NCBI GenBank assembly: GCA_002269645.1
Contig: NIVC01000262.1
Location: 310,001 to 374,000, forward strand
Source: Macrostomum lignano
Taxonomy: Eukaryota
Direction: 5' to 3'
DNA: 64,000 nucleotides
The notes under the pieces are model-generated. The model was not told the DNA's origin and did no database searches. It saw nothing but the letters and a program-made list of their open reading frames with translations. Below, one piece after another: positions 12,424-25,265 of the stretch. How positions within the stretch are numbered: the first letter of the stretch is position 1; each line of letters starts with the position of its first letter. The position numbers were made by a program, and so were the translations under genes.

Positions 12424-14805
12424 CTTCTATTTCACAAACGTTTGAGCTTTATTCAAATTGGCGCACTTTTTGTTTGTTATAATGATTGTCGTTTGGCTCT
12501 GTGGAGATATCATATGATTAGACATTGTTTTAAAAAGTGTTTCTGAACAACTAGATGATATCATGATGGGTTCTTAGCATAAAATTTTTAATTTGGTTGT
12601 ATAATATGAACAAATTCTGCTATAAAACTTGTATGAATTTGTTAATTCAAGGATAAGGTAACTTTTTGCCATAAGCACTGGATAGAAAACCCAAAGTATG
12701 ACTACAGGTTGGAGAAAGGGGGTGAGGGAATAAAGAAGAAAAGAGGAGAGAGGAGAAAGGAAATTAGAGATGAGAGAGAAAAGCACTAAAAAGAGATATA
12801 CACATTAATTGGGCTATATTGCTTTTTAAAGTTTTAAAAGACCTGTCAACTCTTAGGTTAAATGCTTACATTATTAGTGATTAGTCTATATTTTGGCTAA
12901 AACTTATTTGATAGGCTTGTAGTGCTGTATAGGCTATAGCTTTGCTTTATAAAATATGAAATATCAGTGTAACAGCAAAAAAATAGTTTTATATAATGAG
13001 GGCATTTTGACATTGCTATATAATCTATAATAATACAAAACCTATATAAATAGACTAGGTTCTATAAGTTATAATTTTATAAGCTATATAAAAATTCATT
13101 TTCATTGTGGCAACTTGAACTGTAACCCTCTTTTATACCAAATTTTATATTATGTTTTAAAGCTAAATACTAAATATTTTAATAATTTTATCATAGTAAT
13201 TATAATTATATTAAGTAATGACTACATTCTACAATTTTATTAATATAAACACAATTTTTTACACACAAATTTAGCTTCTTATTGCCTTAAGCTTATTTTA
13301 CCAACTTTCCAGTTTATTTTGATAGTATTTTTGTATTGTATGTCTTTATAGTATAAAGAGATTAAATTTATATATTTTGCATAAAGAATTATATGCTTTA
13401 TTCTACTTTTAAGGACCAAGTATGATTTTTAAAAGACATTTAAATAGACTATATTTTCACAAAGTCGTTTTATGCCATTATCATAATTTCAAAAAAATAA
13501 GTATTATATTTTTGAACATTGACACTCACAATCATACTGCGCTAAAAATATGTTTGGCTTCTACTTTCATATATATTTAAAAGCATTAAACGTGGAATAT
13601 ACTTTGCTTTCACTTTCACAATAGCAATTTAGATTTTAAACCATAGTCTATGTTATTAATATAAGAAGGCGCCTATCGACATGCAATTTTAGTTTCAGGA
13701 TAAGAATTATGATTTAGATAGAACATTAGGAGATGATGTGTCTAGGAAATGTTTATTAGCTTTTAATGTCAAAAGTTAACACGATAAACGATGCTACAAA
13801 ATATTAATCTAATCAGTGTTTAGGTTTTTTGTTAAATAGCTAGTCTTTTTCTTTATTTATCTTGAATTTTAAAAATATAAAGTAAGAAACTTAGGTAATT
13901 AATAAATTTGTTTTAAACTACAAACTTTTATTACTACCGGAGTTCTCTTTTTCTGCTAGAGATACTCGTTCACTTAAATCCTTAAGAAACTTTTTTCCAT
14001 CGTTATATATTCACTCGTTAAGTAATAGATCTTTGGCTTCGCTTTGTGGTTTCCATCATTAAAATGTAAATTTAAATGTATAGTGAGTATGTACATGTAC
14101 AGCTAGCTATATAATAGTATATTTTTTAGTTCGACAATATACATTGTGTTTTATATTGTCAAAGTTACATATGTGTAACTTTGCGTTCTTAAACAGTGAC
14201 ACTGCAGTGAGCCACGTTTTCCGAGAAGATTCAAAGGTCCACATGGTATAGGTATTGATGAGGACGCACTTTTTTTCAAATCCCGCGCTAGCACTGGGCT
14301 CTAAACTTACTAGCCTATACTAACAGTGGGCAATGGGCATTTTTATCTTTTTTTCTGCAAATTGTCATAGAATCTATACTAGATATAATGTTTGGTCATA
14401 CTAGTAGTCATAATAACATAGGCGCAGCTTTTTGGGTCATAAATCATCGCTTTCGAAGCTGGTCTGACAGCCACCTGCTGCGCCTCACTCAGTGTTGAAG
14501 CGGGCGCCAGATGGTCTGAGAGGATGCGGGCGGTAGCTTTTTTCTCATCATTTTGACAGGCCATCAAGATTTATGAGGTCAGAGCCTATTGTTCGGGTTC
14601 ACTCAAGCGTGTGACAGCTAGCTTTGACAGCTATGCATTTTACCCCTAAAAATACTTTGGGATTAGCGATTAGTGATTTCTCTTCATTATCTTCTCTTTC
14701 TATTTAATAAGAGCTTTCTAATGTATATTTTTCCATTTTTTGTCAATTCTACGCGAAAAGTCATAAATCATTTTGTTGCGATTTTGATTGATTTATGACA
14801 GCACC

Positions 14806-16166
14806 TGTCATGTTTTTACGACCCCGAGGGAACTGATAGGATCTCCCGGTCACGTGATTCTGGGTAGCAACAAGTTTAGCCAATCAGAAAATTCGACGCT
14901 CATTTTAACAAATCGGCTCAGCCAATCAGAATCGACGTGTTCCATTATAACAAACTGCGGTCCAGTTGGCGGCTATTTAAGCCGGTGTTTTTGGCCCGCT
15001 CGGACCAACTCCCCTGGGAACTTAGCCTAGATTGAGACATCCCGGAGCGCGACCGTTGTTTCTTGATCCCCGGATTGCGACTTCCCCCATCATCATCAAG
15101 GACAAGTCCCCCCCCGGTCATCAGCAGCTAACATCAAAGTTAAGAGCATCACCTGCTAGCTATCTGCGAAGACCGTGACATCAGCACCGGCCATCCCGGG
15201 TCTACAGCTGCGAAGCACTAAGCCGATTCAGTCACTGTGTATTACCTGGTCTCCGGCTGTTGAGTTTCTGATTGGTTGGGTGAGAGGCTGCCTAGACTTG
15301 CTTGATTGGGTGATTCCTTATCTGTCCCCTGTTTCAGTAGCTGGATTAGGCGCACACTTTTGCTCTTTTTGTTCAGTAGTGCTGTTGCTGAGGCAGAAAT
15401 CATTCAATAATACTGCTAGTAGTCTAGAACTCCAATTCAATCTGAAGTGTGAAGTGATTTGAGGAGAAGGTTAAATCTACAGTTATTTTTAGCGGTTTTA
15501 TTTATTTGTTCGCCGATGGCTCAGATGAGTAGCTAAGCTAGTAGGCGCCGGTCACAGTGGACCAATGGCAAGGCAGATCTCAGTCGATCAATCTATCAAA
15601 TCAGTGAGAAAATCAGCCAGTAGTGCAGAATCGGCGCCAGAGATGTACTTTGTGCACTCTAGGTTCGCCAAGCGGCTCGGGTAAATGAATCATGCGGTCT
15701 CTGAAGTTCGAGTTAGCCTATTATCAGCGCTATGAGAGGCTAGTTGGCGCGTTGAAGGCTAAAAGTACAATTCTTCGTATTTAGCAATGTAATAGTACAT
15801 GTAGCTACCCCATAGACTCGCCACTGCAAGAATCCCCTGCACAAGTCCCCTCTGTACCTGCATGACCAATGCGATCTAGTCCCAGCAGTGTCCCTTATTA
15901 TCGGCTATGACTTCGAGATTGACATCAAAAAGACACTGGTTGGCAGGTAAGTGCAAAGCCCGTTCTAGTCGGAAGCCCGATTTCGAGAGTCCCGGTGTGG
16001 TGTGTCAGGACGCACGGGCTGGTGGCAGCGAGTTAGCTCAGTCTGCGGATTAACTGATCTCTACCTTCAAAATTCTCCCTGCTTGTCTCTCGCTGTCCCT
16101 CTCTTAGCTATAGGACCTAGACTGCTCGCCACACGATCAAGCTACCATGGGGCTGACCATCTGACA
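14806..16166 (+). mobile_element. Possible LTR-like/promoter-bearing repeat remnant
   Basis: TGTCA...TGACA ends, two CCAAT boxes (14880, 14922), CTATTTAAG at ~14973, and higher GC than the flanks. No TSD (GCACC vs GGAGT) and no ORF. Confidence 0.25.
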
Positions 16167-17295
16167 GGAGTGGGGGGCCAGGACTCTAATTGATTTATTT
16201 CTGAGGCCTGAGGCCCGAAGGCTTCTCCACAAGGGGGCCCGAAGGTTGAAACCCATCAGTATATTGTACGACAAAATCAACAAAAGTGACTCTACTAGTC
16301 CTAGTTTACTGCAATAATGCGCATTCAGTGGAAGTCGGTAAAAAGTTTGAGCGAAGCCGCCGTGCTTGTCTCTCGCTTACTAAAAAATAAATGCTAGGAA
16401 GCAGCACAAGATGCCCACAGTATCTCTGTCTCTTAGATGCATGGGCGCTCCTCTCTCACTTAGGTGGAGTCCCGGTCTCCTATATGGGCGTCAATCATGT
16501 CTCATGATAATTATGCAGATCGCTTTTCGATTAGTGGGACAGTGAATCACTTGACAATCATTTGAGCCTGTTTGCCGATCACGTTTCGTTTCTAGCAGCG
16601 AGACGCACGACAGGTGCCAGATGCACCCCTCAAACCTACATGTACAGAAATTTAATAGCACATGTAACTGCAATAAATGTTTAACAACGTCGCCAACTAA
16701 CCTCAGTAAGCCCCATGAAGCTTTTGTTACTTGGAAAGTGGTTCTTAGGGAACTTTGCACTTGTAGGGAAATCAATTTACAATGGAAGCAGCTGGATTGA
16801 AGCGAATTTTCCATCATCAATTTTAGCAAGAGGCCGGGTCACGCCTAATATTGACAATAAACAAAGGATCACCAGGAGAGTGAATGATTAATTGCTTCTT
16901 GTTTCCATTGGCAACGGCAATGCCGTTGTCAGTGTAGAAACGGATACAATTTCCACACAGTAAGTCTTTTAAGGGCAAAGTCTCCACCAATTGCAATTAT
17001 GAAGAGATAAAAAGCTTGCAATGCTGTGCAAACATGCCCTCAATTAGCGTTATTGTCAGTGCAATTTGCTCGCTTTGTTCTGTTAATAATCATGCAGAAT
17101 ATCGCTACATCCAGAAAAACAAGGGTGCATCGCGTTCTTGGTGGGTTAATTTTGGTTACTGCGTGGGTTAACGATGTCCTGCTGTCGAGGGCGCCCAGCG
17201 ACAACTTGATAAGCTGGTTAGCGTTGCCGGGAGTGTTGGCCTGGGTGGTCAACGTGCAGAGACCGTCGTGCGCCTGTGTGCTGGACGAAGTCAAG

Positions 17296-17493
17296 GCAAG
17301 GACCACTAGGAACACTTCGTTATAGAAGAACGTTTCACTCTCGATTCGTGTAAAATATTAGAAGGCCGATTTTTGTTGTCGCAAGGACCACTAGGAGCAC
17401 TTCGTTATAGAAGGACGTTTCACTCTCGATTCGTGTAAAATAGTAGAAGGCCGATTTTTGTTGTCGCAAGAACCACTAGGAACACTTCGTTAT
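17296..17493. repeat. 85-bp tandem duplication, ~2.3 copies
   Basis: GCAAG(G/A)ACCACTAGG begins at 17296, 17381 and 17466. Confidence 0.88.
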
Positions 17494-18082
17494 ATAGTCT
17501 AGTAGTCCTTGTGTTGTCGTACGTATGCATTCGCGAGATAAATAAACTGCACGATTTTCAACATAATATGTGCTGATTGCAGTAGCTCCAGGCTATTTAT
17601 TTCAGAAATTTTGCTGTGTATAACCAGAAACACGCTATATGTATTATATTACTTTGTGGTTTAGTCGTATTATTAGGTTGTTAACAGTATCTTAAACATT
17701 CCAATGTCTCCATTGTACAGTATTTTCTCTTAATGAGAAAATATACTCATTAATACTCGTGCGCTGATTTGAGCGCACGAGTGCCATAGACTATTTTATC
17801 ACGGGGCATCGTTATATTAACATTCCATTTCAATTTTTCAATTTTGACTTTTCAGTTAAAATAGTTTATGGCCATAGACGACTCCCAATCCTAGATTTTC
17901 TACTAAATTAGCATATGAACATACTACAGTAGCGGGACCAGCGAATAACGACGAATTACTAAGGGCATAGAAGCAACACAAACCTCAGAACGCATTGGCT
18001 TTTGTTTTAAATCGTCATCGATCAAAGATAGTCTCAATTTTCGAATAATTTTGAAAGCTTCCCTGGAGGCAGGTTTGCACCA

Positions 18083-19729
18083 TCACTGCACGTTGGGCAT
18101 TTTCGATGCATCGTCCGACGCCACTTGCTTGACGCCTCGAAGCTCCGACGATGGAACTTCAGCTTCTACAGTTTTCTGCTCGTCTTTGTAACGATGGTAA
18201 CCAGCTAACACGCAGTCGTGCAGCAGTTCCACTAGCTCCATCACTGACAGAAGCGACATGCCCAGGAACAGGCCGAGAAGGCCGCCAATATCAGCTGTCA
18301 ACGAGTTGATCGTGTAGGAGACGGCCAGCTGCGTCTCTGAACATTTATCATCGTCTGCTGACAGAGTCATCTGCATGAGCGACCTGCTCGCCTCGCTTCC
18401 CGACGCGTTATTGAACAAGTATTGAATGCCTGGCAGAGGCTTTATATCGCTGGTCACCCGGCTAGTGACCAACTTGTAGTTGATAAAGCCTTTCAGGTAC
18501 TCGTTGTACAGTCTCGGGGAAGGCCAGGGTGAAGAGGATGGCTTGAACGAGTAGAACCTTCGTTTGCAGGGCTTTTGGCCGCGACAATTTCTGAGCGCAG
18601 TGATAGAAATCAAGCTGCGAAGCGTGTCATAGCTGGACATCTGGCTGCTCTGATTGGGGAAGGCCGTCATGTTGAAGCAGGACTGGAGGTCGCGGTACTC
18701 CCACGGTGTTGGAGTTCGCAGCAGCGAGCAGTTCAGCATGGACTTCGAGACCTTGTGAACCTCCCTGTGCAAGCAGGCGTAGTACTCGTACTGGAAAGTC
18801 TCTCTCTCCCCAGTGTACGGATTCCAGTAGTCAACTCCTTCTGTGCCCTCTACATCGAGACACTGTCCGACAAAGTCATTCGGCTTCATGATGACATCCT
18901 CCATTCCTAGCTCTAGCTCAAGCTTCTGGCCGCCACCAAGTACAAACTGAGTGCTAAAGTCGTTGGGTAGCATGCCTCTAGGTGTAATAAAGGTCCGAAA
19001 GCCGTCCGTTCTCGTGTAATCGAAGCCATAGTTGAAATCCCAATCGCTCGGCTTGAGGTTGGTTCTGCCGGCGTAGCCTTCGAACACGTCCTGACGGGTG
19101 TTGTTTTCGATCGGTGCCGACACCTGGGGATCGGAGAACAGCGTGACAGTCAGCCTGCTAGCTGGGGCACTTAGACTAATCCTATCAGCGTCTGATAGAT
19201 TCAATAGGAAGCAGTTCAGGTAGATGTTGCTGTGATGCAAGATGACCTTATTTCGCATGTCGACGTCGTTAATGGTCAGATCAATGATGGATTGCCAAGT
19301 CTGGCGGCCCAAAACGTCCGACAGGAACTTGAATGGCAGGCTGTTGATCATTCTCACTGCGTACTCCTCCATTTGACTGTCCGGAGGTGCGTATTTCAGA
19401 ACGGTGTCGTTAATCATGTCCCTGTACCGGTTGATAAACTGGTCATTTTCACGGCTCAAAGACACGGAATAGCTCCCCGAAATGGGGCTCTCGTTGCAGA
19501 TGTACAAATCAGGAAACTCAAAGTCGACAGCGCCTTCCTTTACCATGGTGGTCACTTCCCCTCCGAAGAACTTATTGAAAGCTTCCGCTATTCGCAAGCC
19601 GCAGAATGCAAAGGAAACCGCGAAAGCTGCAAACCAAATCAGCTTCACGTAGAGCCTGCGCTGGCCAGTGAAGTGAACCAGCGCGTGAACTGTGCTCTCG
19701 TTAAAGAACTTTTCGATCGGCTGAAGCAT
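18083..19729 (-). CDS. Amiloride-sensitive DEG/ENaC (ASIC/FaNaC-like) cation channel, single-exon, 548 aa
   Basis: Uninterrupted ORF. N-terminal FxxxSTVHA motif, hydrophobic TM1, FPDLYICN post-TM1 motif, Cys-containing ectodomain, and TM2 SLTADIGGLLGLFLGMSLLSVMELVEL with a GxS filter. Confidence 0.92.
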   Translation of the reverse strand: MLQPIEKFFNESTVHALVHFTGQRRLYVKLIWFAAFAVSFAFCGLRIAEAFNKFFGGEVTTMVKEGAVDFEFPDLYICNESPISGSYSVSLSRENDQFINRYRDMINDTVLKYAPPDSQMEEYAVRMINSLPFKFLSDVLGRQTWQSIIDLTINDVDMRNKVILHHSNIYLNCFLLNLSDADRISLSAPASRLTVTLFSDPQVSAPIENNTRQDVFEGYAGRTNLKPSDWDFNYGFDYTRTDGFRTFITPRGMLPNDFSTQFVLGGGQKLELELGMEDVIMKPNDFVGQCLDVEGTEGVDYWNPYTGERETFQYEYYACLHREVHKVSKSMLNCSLLRTPTPWEYRDLQSCFNMTAFPNQSSQMSSYDTLRSLISITALRNCRGQKPCKRRFYSFKPSSSPWPSPRLYNEYLKGFINYKLVTSRVTSDIKPLPGIQYLFNNASGSEASRSLMQMTLSADDDKCSETQLAVSYTINSLTADIGGLLGLFLGMSLLSVMELVELLHDCVLAGYHRYKDEQKTVEAEVPSSELRGVKQVASDDASKMPNVQ

Positions 19730-20710
19730 TGTTGGAGCTATCAGAACTCAGATTTTTTAGGCGGTTAAACTTGGCATCCACTCACAAGTCCTTGATTTAT
19801 AGCTTCACAGTGCAGTTACTGGATGCACAGATATTCCGCTCTGATCTGATTGGTTAATCCATGAGGGATGGAGAAGCTGACGGTTCAATTACTCTCCTAT
19901 GCAGTTGAAACACAGTTTTGCCTCAAAGTTTTTACAGATTTAGGAAACTTTTTTTCAGAGCTCAAATATTGATTCCTCCTGCTCTTCTGTCTGTGCTCAG
20001 AACTTATATACTCAACGATATATAAGTTCTGAGCACAGTCCCCCCAGTCCACTTTCTATATAATAGTAATATTTAGTTAGCTGAGCAAACTGACTCTCCC
20101 CAGCGGTTTAGCAAAGTGTTTAAGTTTACATAAACCGTGAGAACTTTTAAATTTAGAACTTTTAAGTGAGGGTTTCGCCAAGAATTAAAATAAAGTACGG
20201 TACTAATGCCGCTGAAGATTATCAATTAACATAACACTGAGTGAATTTTGTAGTGGTTTATATAATACGCTTGTAGTTTATATCAAACTACATGTATTTG
20301 GTTAGCTATAAAAATTGTATGAGCACACATCACTACAATGTGGATCCCGGGTCCCGACTGCTTACTGATGCATGTTTAATGTGTCTTGATAGCTTAGTGT
20401 GCCCAAGTGTGTGTCCTGACTGGTGTGTCTTAGTGTATTTCGATGGGAGTTCCTCAATGTGTCCTGGTGTGCCTAAATGTTTTCTCAAAACCACAACTTC
20501 ATTCAACATGTTTCGTCTATGGTAATTTCAGACTGTTCCGCTTAACTTTTCGTTCCAGATGTTTAGTCTATGGCCATCACTTGGCTTGCGCCAAGTAAAA
20601 AATGCCTATGACACAAATCTCTAGAATCACTTAGTGAACAATTCCCGTCTGGGAAGTTGTGTCCTAGCCGTTTTGAATTGGTTTTTTGACGAAAATAAAC
20701 ACAATTCCAC

Positions 20711-20828
20711 TATTGAGAGGTCACGCTTCACATACAACTGCCATAGCGTCGAGGCCGGTAGGTCGAGACGCGGTAAGGCCTCAACCTCGACGCTATGGCA
20801 GTTGTGTGTGAAGCGTGACCTCTCGATA
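20711..20828. repeat. Inverted repeat: 44-bp arms, 30-nt loop
   Basis: 20711-20754 pairs with 20785-20828; the only two non-Watson-Crick positions are G-U pairs on the plus strand. Confidence 0.9.
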
Positions 20829-21619
20829 ATAATACATTGCTAACTGGCGCATGGAGTGGCGACTTTTCAATGTTTCTGAGTATATTTAATAAAATAACTT
20901 TGAAATTTCTAGCCAACTTGAAAAAAATCCTTGTCCAAGCGAAAGATGAAATGCTAGCAATTTTGCATCTACGCATTCATGCAGGGAATTAGAGTACCTG
21001 ATATCTTTTAGAGGACATCAATCACTGCAGCTGGAAGCTGTATAAGTGACTGGGAGAAGAGGAGATGCAGCTTAATGCCAATAAAACCCTAAAGACTTTT
21101 GTCAATGTCTGTGGCTATGCAGCCCAACTTACTTGATGCATCGATTTATGAAGTCCATTAAAAAGTAGCCCTTTCTTCAACTTGGCTGTTCAACTGTCTA
21201 CTCGCATCATTGTCCTGTCAAAATCTTAGCTATGAGATATGTATGAAAATGTGGGCGTGAAATGTTTTCTCTATCTTTTGTTTCAGAATAGTCCAAGAGA
21301 AATTGCTCACTGGCGTATAGAGTGGCGACTTTTCAATGTTGCTGAGTACACAAGCATGCACGAGTAGCGCTCTTAAATGTATTTTCTCAACTTTCGAAAC
21401 TGAAAATCAAATAGCGGCAAGCACTCTTCACCTCCACGTAGGTAAAGTTAAATATATTGACTAGAAAGAAACAGATAAAGATATTTCTGTTTGTCGAGGA
21501 CAAATGCTCAAACAAACCCATTCACCATTCGACATCCGTTAATCTGAATCAACAGATTAACTAATTGATAACAGTGGAGCCAAATGCTGTTCCATTGCAT
21601 TGCAGACAGCAGCTCAGGC

Positions 21620-21895
21620 AGAAACGGACCAATCAAAGCTATCCTGATTGCTTCAAGCGGCTGCTACCTGATTGAGGCTGCCGGAGCCAGAGGAGGCAGC
21701 AACACCTTGACGAGCACCACAGGTGGCCCAGGAGCCCAGGTGAGCGCCAGAGTCAACCTAGCTGACAGCCGACACCCAACTGTGCACCGTTGGGGGCCAG
21801 ACGGCCGGGCGGCTCGACCTCCCTGGACTACGAAGTCGGCGGCGGAAGCGGCCGCAGTTTCGTGTATCGGACGAACAACCAGGCAACTCCTTAGG
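21620..21895 (+). pseudogene. Frameshifted fragment of an ALK/LTK-type glycine-rich domain gene
   Basis: SSGCYLIEAAGARGGSNTLTSTTGGPGAQVSARVNL, continuing in other frames as TQLCTVGGQ and DYEVGGGSGRSFVYRT, then TAG. At least two frameshifts. Confidence 0.6.
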
Positions 21896-21914
21896 TGAAG
21901 TTTACTAGAATCGT

Positions 21915-22410
21915 GTCGCGGGAGGGTGAAAGTCGCTGGAGGGTGAGTGTCGCGGAAGGGTGAGTGTCGCAGGAGGGTGAGTGTCGCGGGAGGGTGAGTG
22001 CATGTCGCGGGAGGGTGAGTGTCGCAGGAGGGTGAGTGTCACGGATTTAAGGGTGAGTGTCGCGGGAGGGTGAGTGTCGCGGGAGGGTGAGTGTCGCGGG
22101 AGGGTGAGTGTTGCGGGAGGGTGAGTGTCGCGGGAGGGCGAGTGTCGCGGTAGGGTGAGTGTCGCAGGAGGGTGAATGTCGCGGAAAGGTGAGTGTCGCG
22201 GAAGGGTGAGTGTCGCGGCAAGGGTGAGTGTTGCGGGAGGGTGAATGTCGCGGAAAGGTGAGTGTCGCGGAAGGGTGAGTGTCGCGGCAAGGGTGAGTGT
22301 CGCGGAAGGGTGAGTGTCATAGGAGGGTGAGTGTCGCGGAAGGGTGAATGGCGCAGGAGCGTGCAGACTGAGGGTGAGTAGCGCAGAAGGGTGAGTGTCG
22401 CGGTAGGATG
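21915..22410. repeat. 17-bp minisatellite GGGTGAGTGTCGCGGGA
   Basis: Direct reading. Confidence 0.9.
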
Positions 22411-23699
22411 AGTGACGAATCGTACGTACATGTACTTCATTGGCATGGGTTCGATCATGTATAGAATCCGCTGTGTGGGTGGGATCTAGATGGGATAAAA
22501 CTAAAACTATATTGTTCGACAAAATTTTTAGAATCGGTGTTGTCAGCGCTCATTTTAGCTCTCCAGGCACTGTAGAATTTTCTTTAATTGATTATTGAAT
22601 AAGAGCAAGGCGGTGGTTCATTTAGTTATTTACCAACGTAACTTAGATCAAAGAGAAAACAAGGGGAGAGTGAGTGATTTGTTTCACTGCCGCCGCCGTG
22701 TATTTATAGCTTTGTTATTGCCTTCCGGAAATTTCTAGAAAGATTCAGCTAATTTTAACAAAGCGAAATAACTCTTTAATTATATACATTACGTAAATAT
22801 AATTAGAACATTAATACTTAAGTGATAATTAATTATTTACTATTTATATGCGTATGTTATAGATTAGCTGCTAACTCAAAGAAGTTTCTGGAAATAGTTT
22901 TTGACTTTTAGAATATCTGAAGAAATTGATCGGGAAAGTTATTAAAGTACGCTACAGCACACATTCGCCGCAGGCACTCATTTTGGCGCCGCAAGCACCG
23001 ATCATTTTGGCGCCACAGGCACTCCTTTCAGCGCTACAGACACTCATTTTGGCTTAACTTGTAATTATGATTATGTCGCCGAATTTGTTTGTCGCCGAAT
23101 TTGTTTATCGCCGAATTTGCATGCATCCGTTTTTTTCATACCGGAATTTTTAGAAAATTTTTTATGGTAAGACAAAAAAGTTATGATTTAATAAAGAAAA
23201 GCATGAAAAATTTAAAAGGTTGTGCAAATTTTAAAATAAATTTAGTTTTAACGTTATTTTATGCTGCTTTATTGCAATCCATTATTAAAATTATTATGGT
23301 TTCTGGAAAAGAAAAAAGGTTCAAACTTAAAATTACACTAATGGAATTAATAACTGCTTGTGAATCATCATGACATATGCCTAAAGTCTATATATGCATG
23401 ACTGCACTTCAGAGTTAGTACTACATCAAGATTAAAGAATGAATTGAAAAGCTAAATTCTTCTGTCTTATATAATTATAAGTACTACAAGCTGTTGAAAC
23501 CCGCGGATTTTGAACCCGGGGAATTCTAATCTCCGGAACTACTTTTGCATGTATTCTGAAATCTAAGGCCATACACTAACAAATTAATAGTAGGATAGAG
23601 GTAGACATAAAATGGAGCACATTTGTGTAAAATTAGGGTTTGAGGCAAACGTTGATATTGTTGGCTGGGGTACTGCGCAGAATGTCAGGCAATGTCTGT

Positions 23700-24192
23700 C
23701 TGACTCTAAAACATATATTGCTAAACTCTGGTCTCTCCCTGACTCTCCCTACGTCCCTTGGATCCTTTAAAATTTCTATCGTCTCTTTGTTTCCTTTCTT
23801 CTCTCTCATCCCTCGTCTCTCCTCTCTCTTCTCTCCTCTCTTCTCTTGTATCTTCCCTCATCTCTCTTCTGTTTCATCTCTCTTCCCTATTCTTTTCTCT
23901 CTCCTCTTCTCTCTCCTTTCTACTTTTCGTTTTCTCTCTGCTCTTCTCTCTCCTCTCTACTCTTTCGTTTTCTCTCTCCTCTCCTCTCTCCTCTCTCCCC
24001 TCTTCTCTCGTCTCTCCCCTCACATCTTTCCTCTCTCTCTTTCCACTCATCTCTTTTCTTGTTTTATATCTTCTCTCTCCCCTCGTCGCCCGTCTCTTCC
24101 CTCACCTCTCTTCTCTCTCGTCTGCTCTTTCATCTCTCCTTTCTCTTCTTTTATCTTTTCTCTCTTATCTCTTCTCGTTTCTATCTGCTCTG

Positions 24193-24265
<73 letters not shown>

Positions 24266-25265
24266 TTTATTCTCCTATTTCCTCTTCTCTCTCCCTGTCT
24301 CTCCTCTCTCCTCTAGTCTCTGTAATCTCTTCTCTCCCATCTTTCTTCTCCTCTCTACTCTCTCCCCTCCATTCTCCTCTTTTCTCTCCTCTCGCCTCAC
24401 TCACTTCTCTCTCCCTTTGTCTCTCCTCTCGTCTCTGTAATCTCTTCTCTCTTATCTCTCTTCTGTTCTCTCTATTCTCCCATCTCTCGTCTGTTCATTT
24501 TCGTCTCTGCTCTCAGCTCATCCCCCCTCTTTCATCTGTCATCTTTACTGTCTTAATGTTCTTTCATTTTGTCCTCTGTACTCTTTTCTTTCACCTCTTT
24601 TGTCTCCTCACTTTCCTTTCTCCTTTCTTCTCTTCTCTTCTCTTCCCTCTTCTATATACTCTCTCCATCTCTTGTCTCGTCTCTTCTCTCTCCACTCTCC
24701 TCCTTTATCTCTCATCTCTCATTTCTCATCTCTCCTTACACCTCTCTCATCTGTACAACTTTATCTCTTCTCTCTTCCATTCTCTCTCTTATCTCTCCTT
24801 TCTCCTCTTTACTAACTCCTCTCTACTCGCTCCTCTACACTCTCCTCTCCACTCGCTACTCTACTGTCTACTCTCTCCTATCTACTCTACTGTCTACTCT
24901 CTCCTATCTACTCGCTCCTCTACTCGCTCCTCTACTCTCTCCTCTCTACTCGCCCCTCTACTCGCTCTTCTACTCTCTCCTCTCTACTCGCTCCTCTCTA
25001 CTCTTTCCTCTCCACTCGCTACTCTACTCTCTACTCTCTCCTCTCTACTCGCTACTCTACTCTCTCCTCTCTACTCGCTCCTCTCTACTCTTTCCTCTCT
25101 ACTCGCTCCTCTACTCTCTCCTCTCTACTCGCTCCTCTACTCTCTCCTCTCTACTCTCTCCTCTCATCGTCCTCACTCCCTCATCTCTCCTATTATCTTT
25201 TATCTTTTCTCTTATTCCCTCTCTCACCTCTCCTCTCTTTTCGAATAGTCTATTCCTTCTTCTCC
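23700..25265. repeat. CT-rich low-complexity tract including (CT)n and CTCTACTCG-type repeats
   Basis: Direct reading; source of the long Leu/Ser pseudo-ORFs. Confidence 0.9.

Noticed and set aside
14272-14290. GCGCGGGATTTGAA (minus) as an E2F/CHR promoter element for MADD
   Set aside because: It is ~1.9 kb from the ATG, the spacing is non-canonical and the TSS is unknown.
22960-23110. Short CATTTTGGCGCC and GTCGCCGAATTTG triplet repeats as transposon termini
   Set aside because: No matching opposite terminus or TSD could be found in the window.
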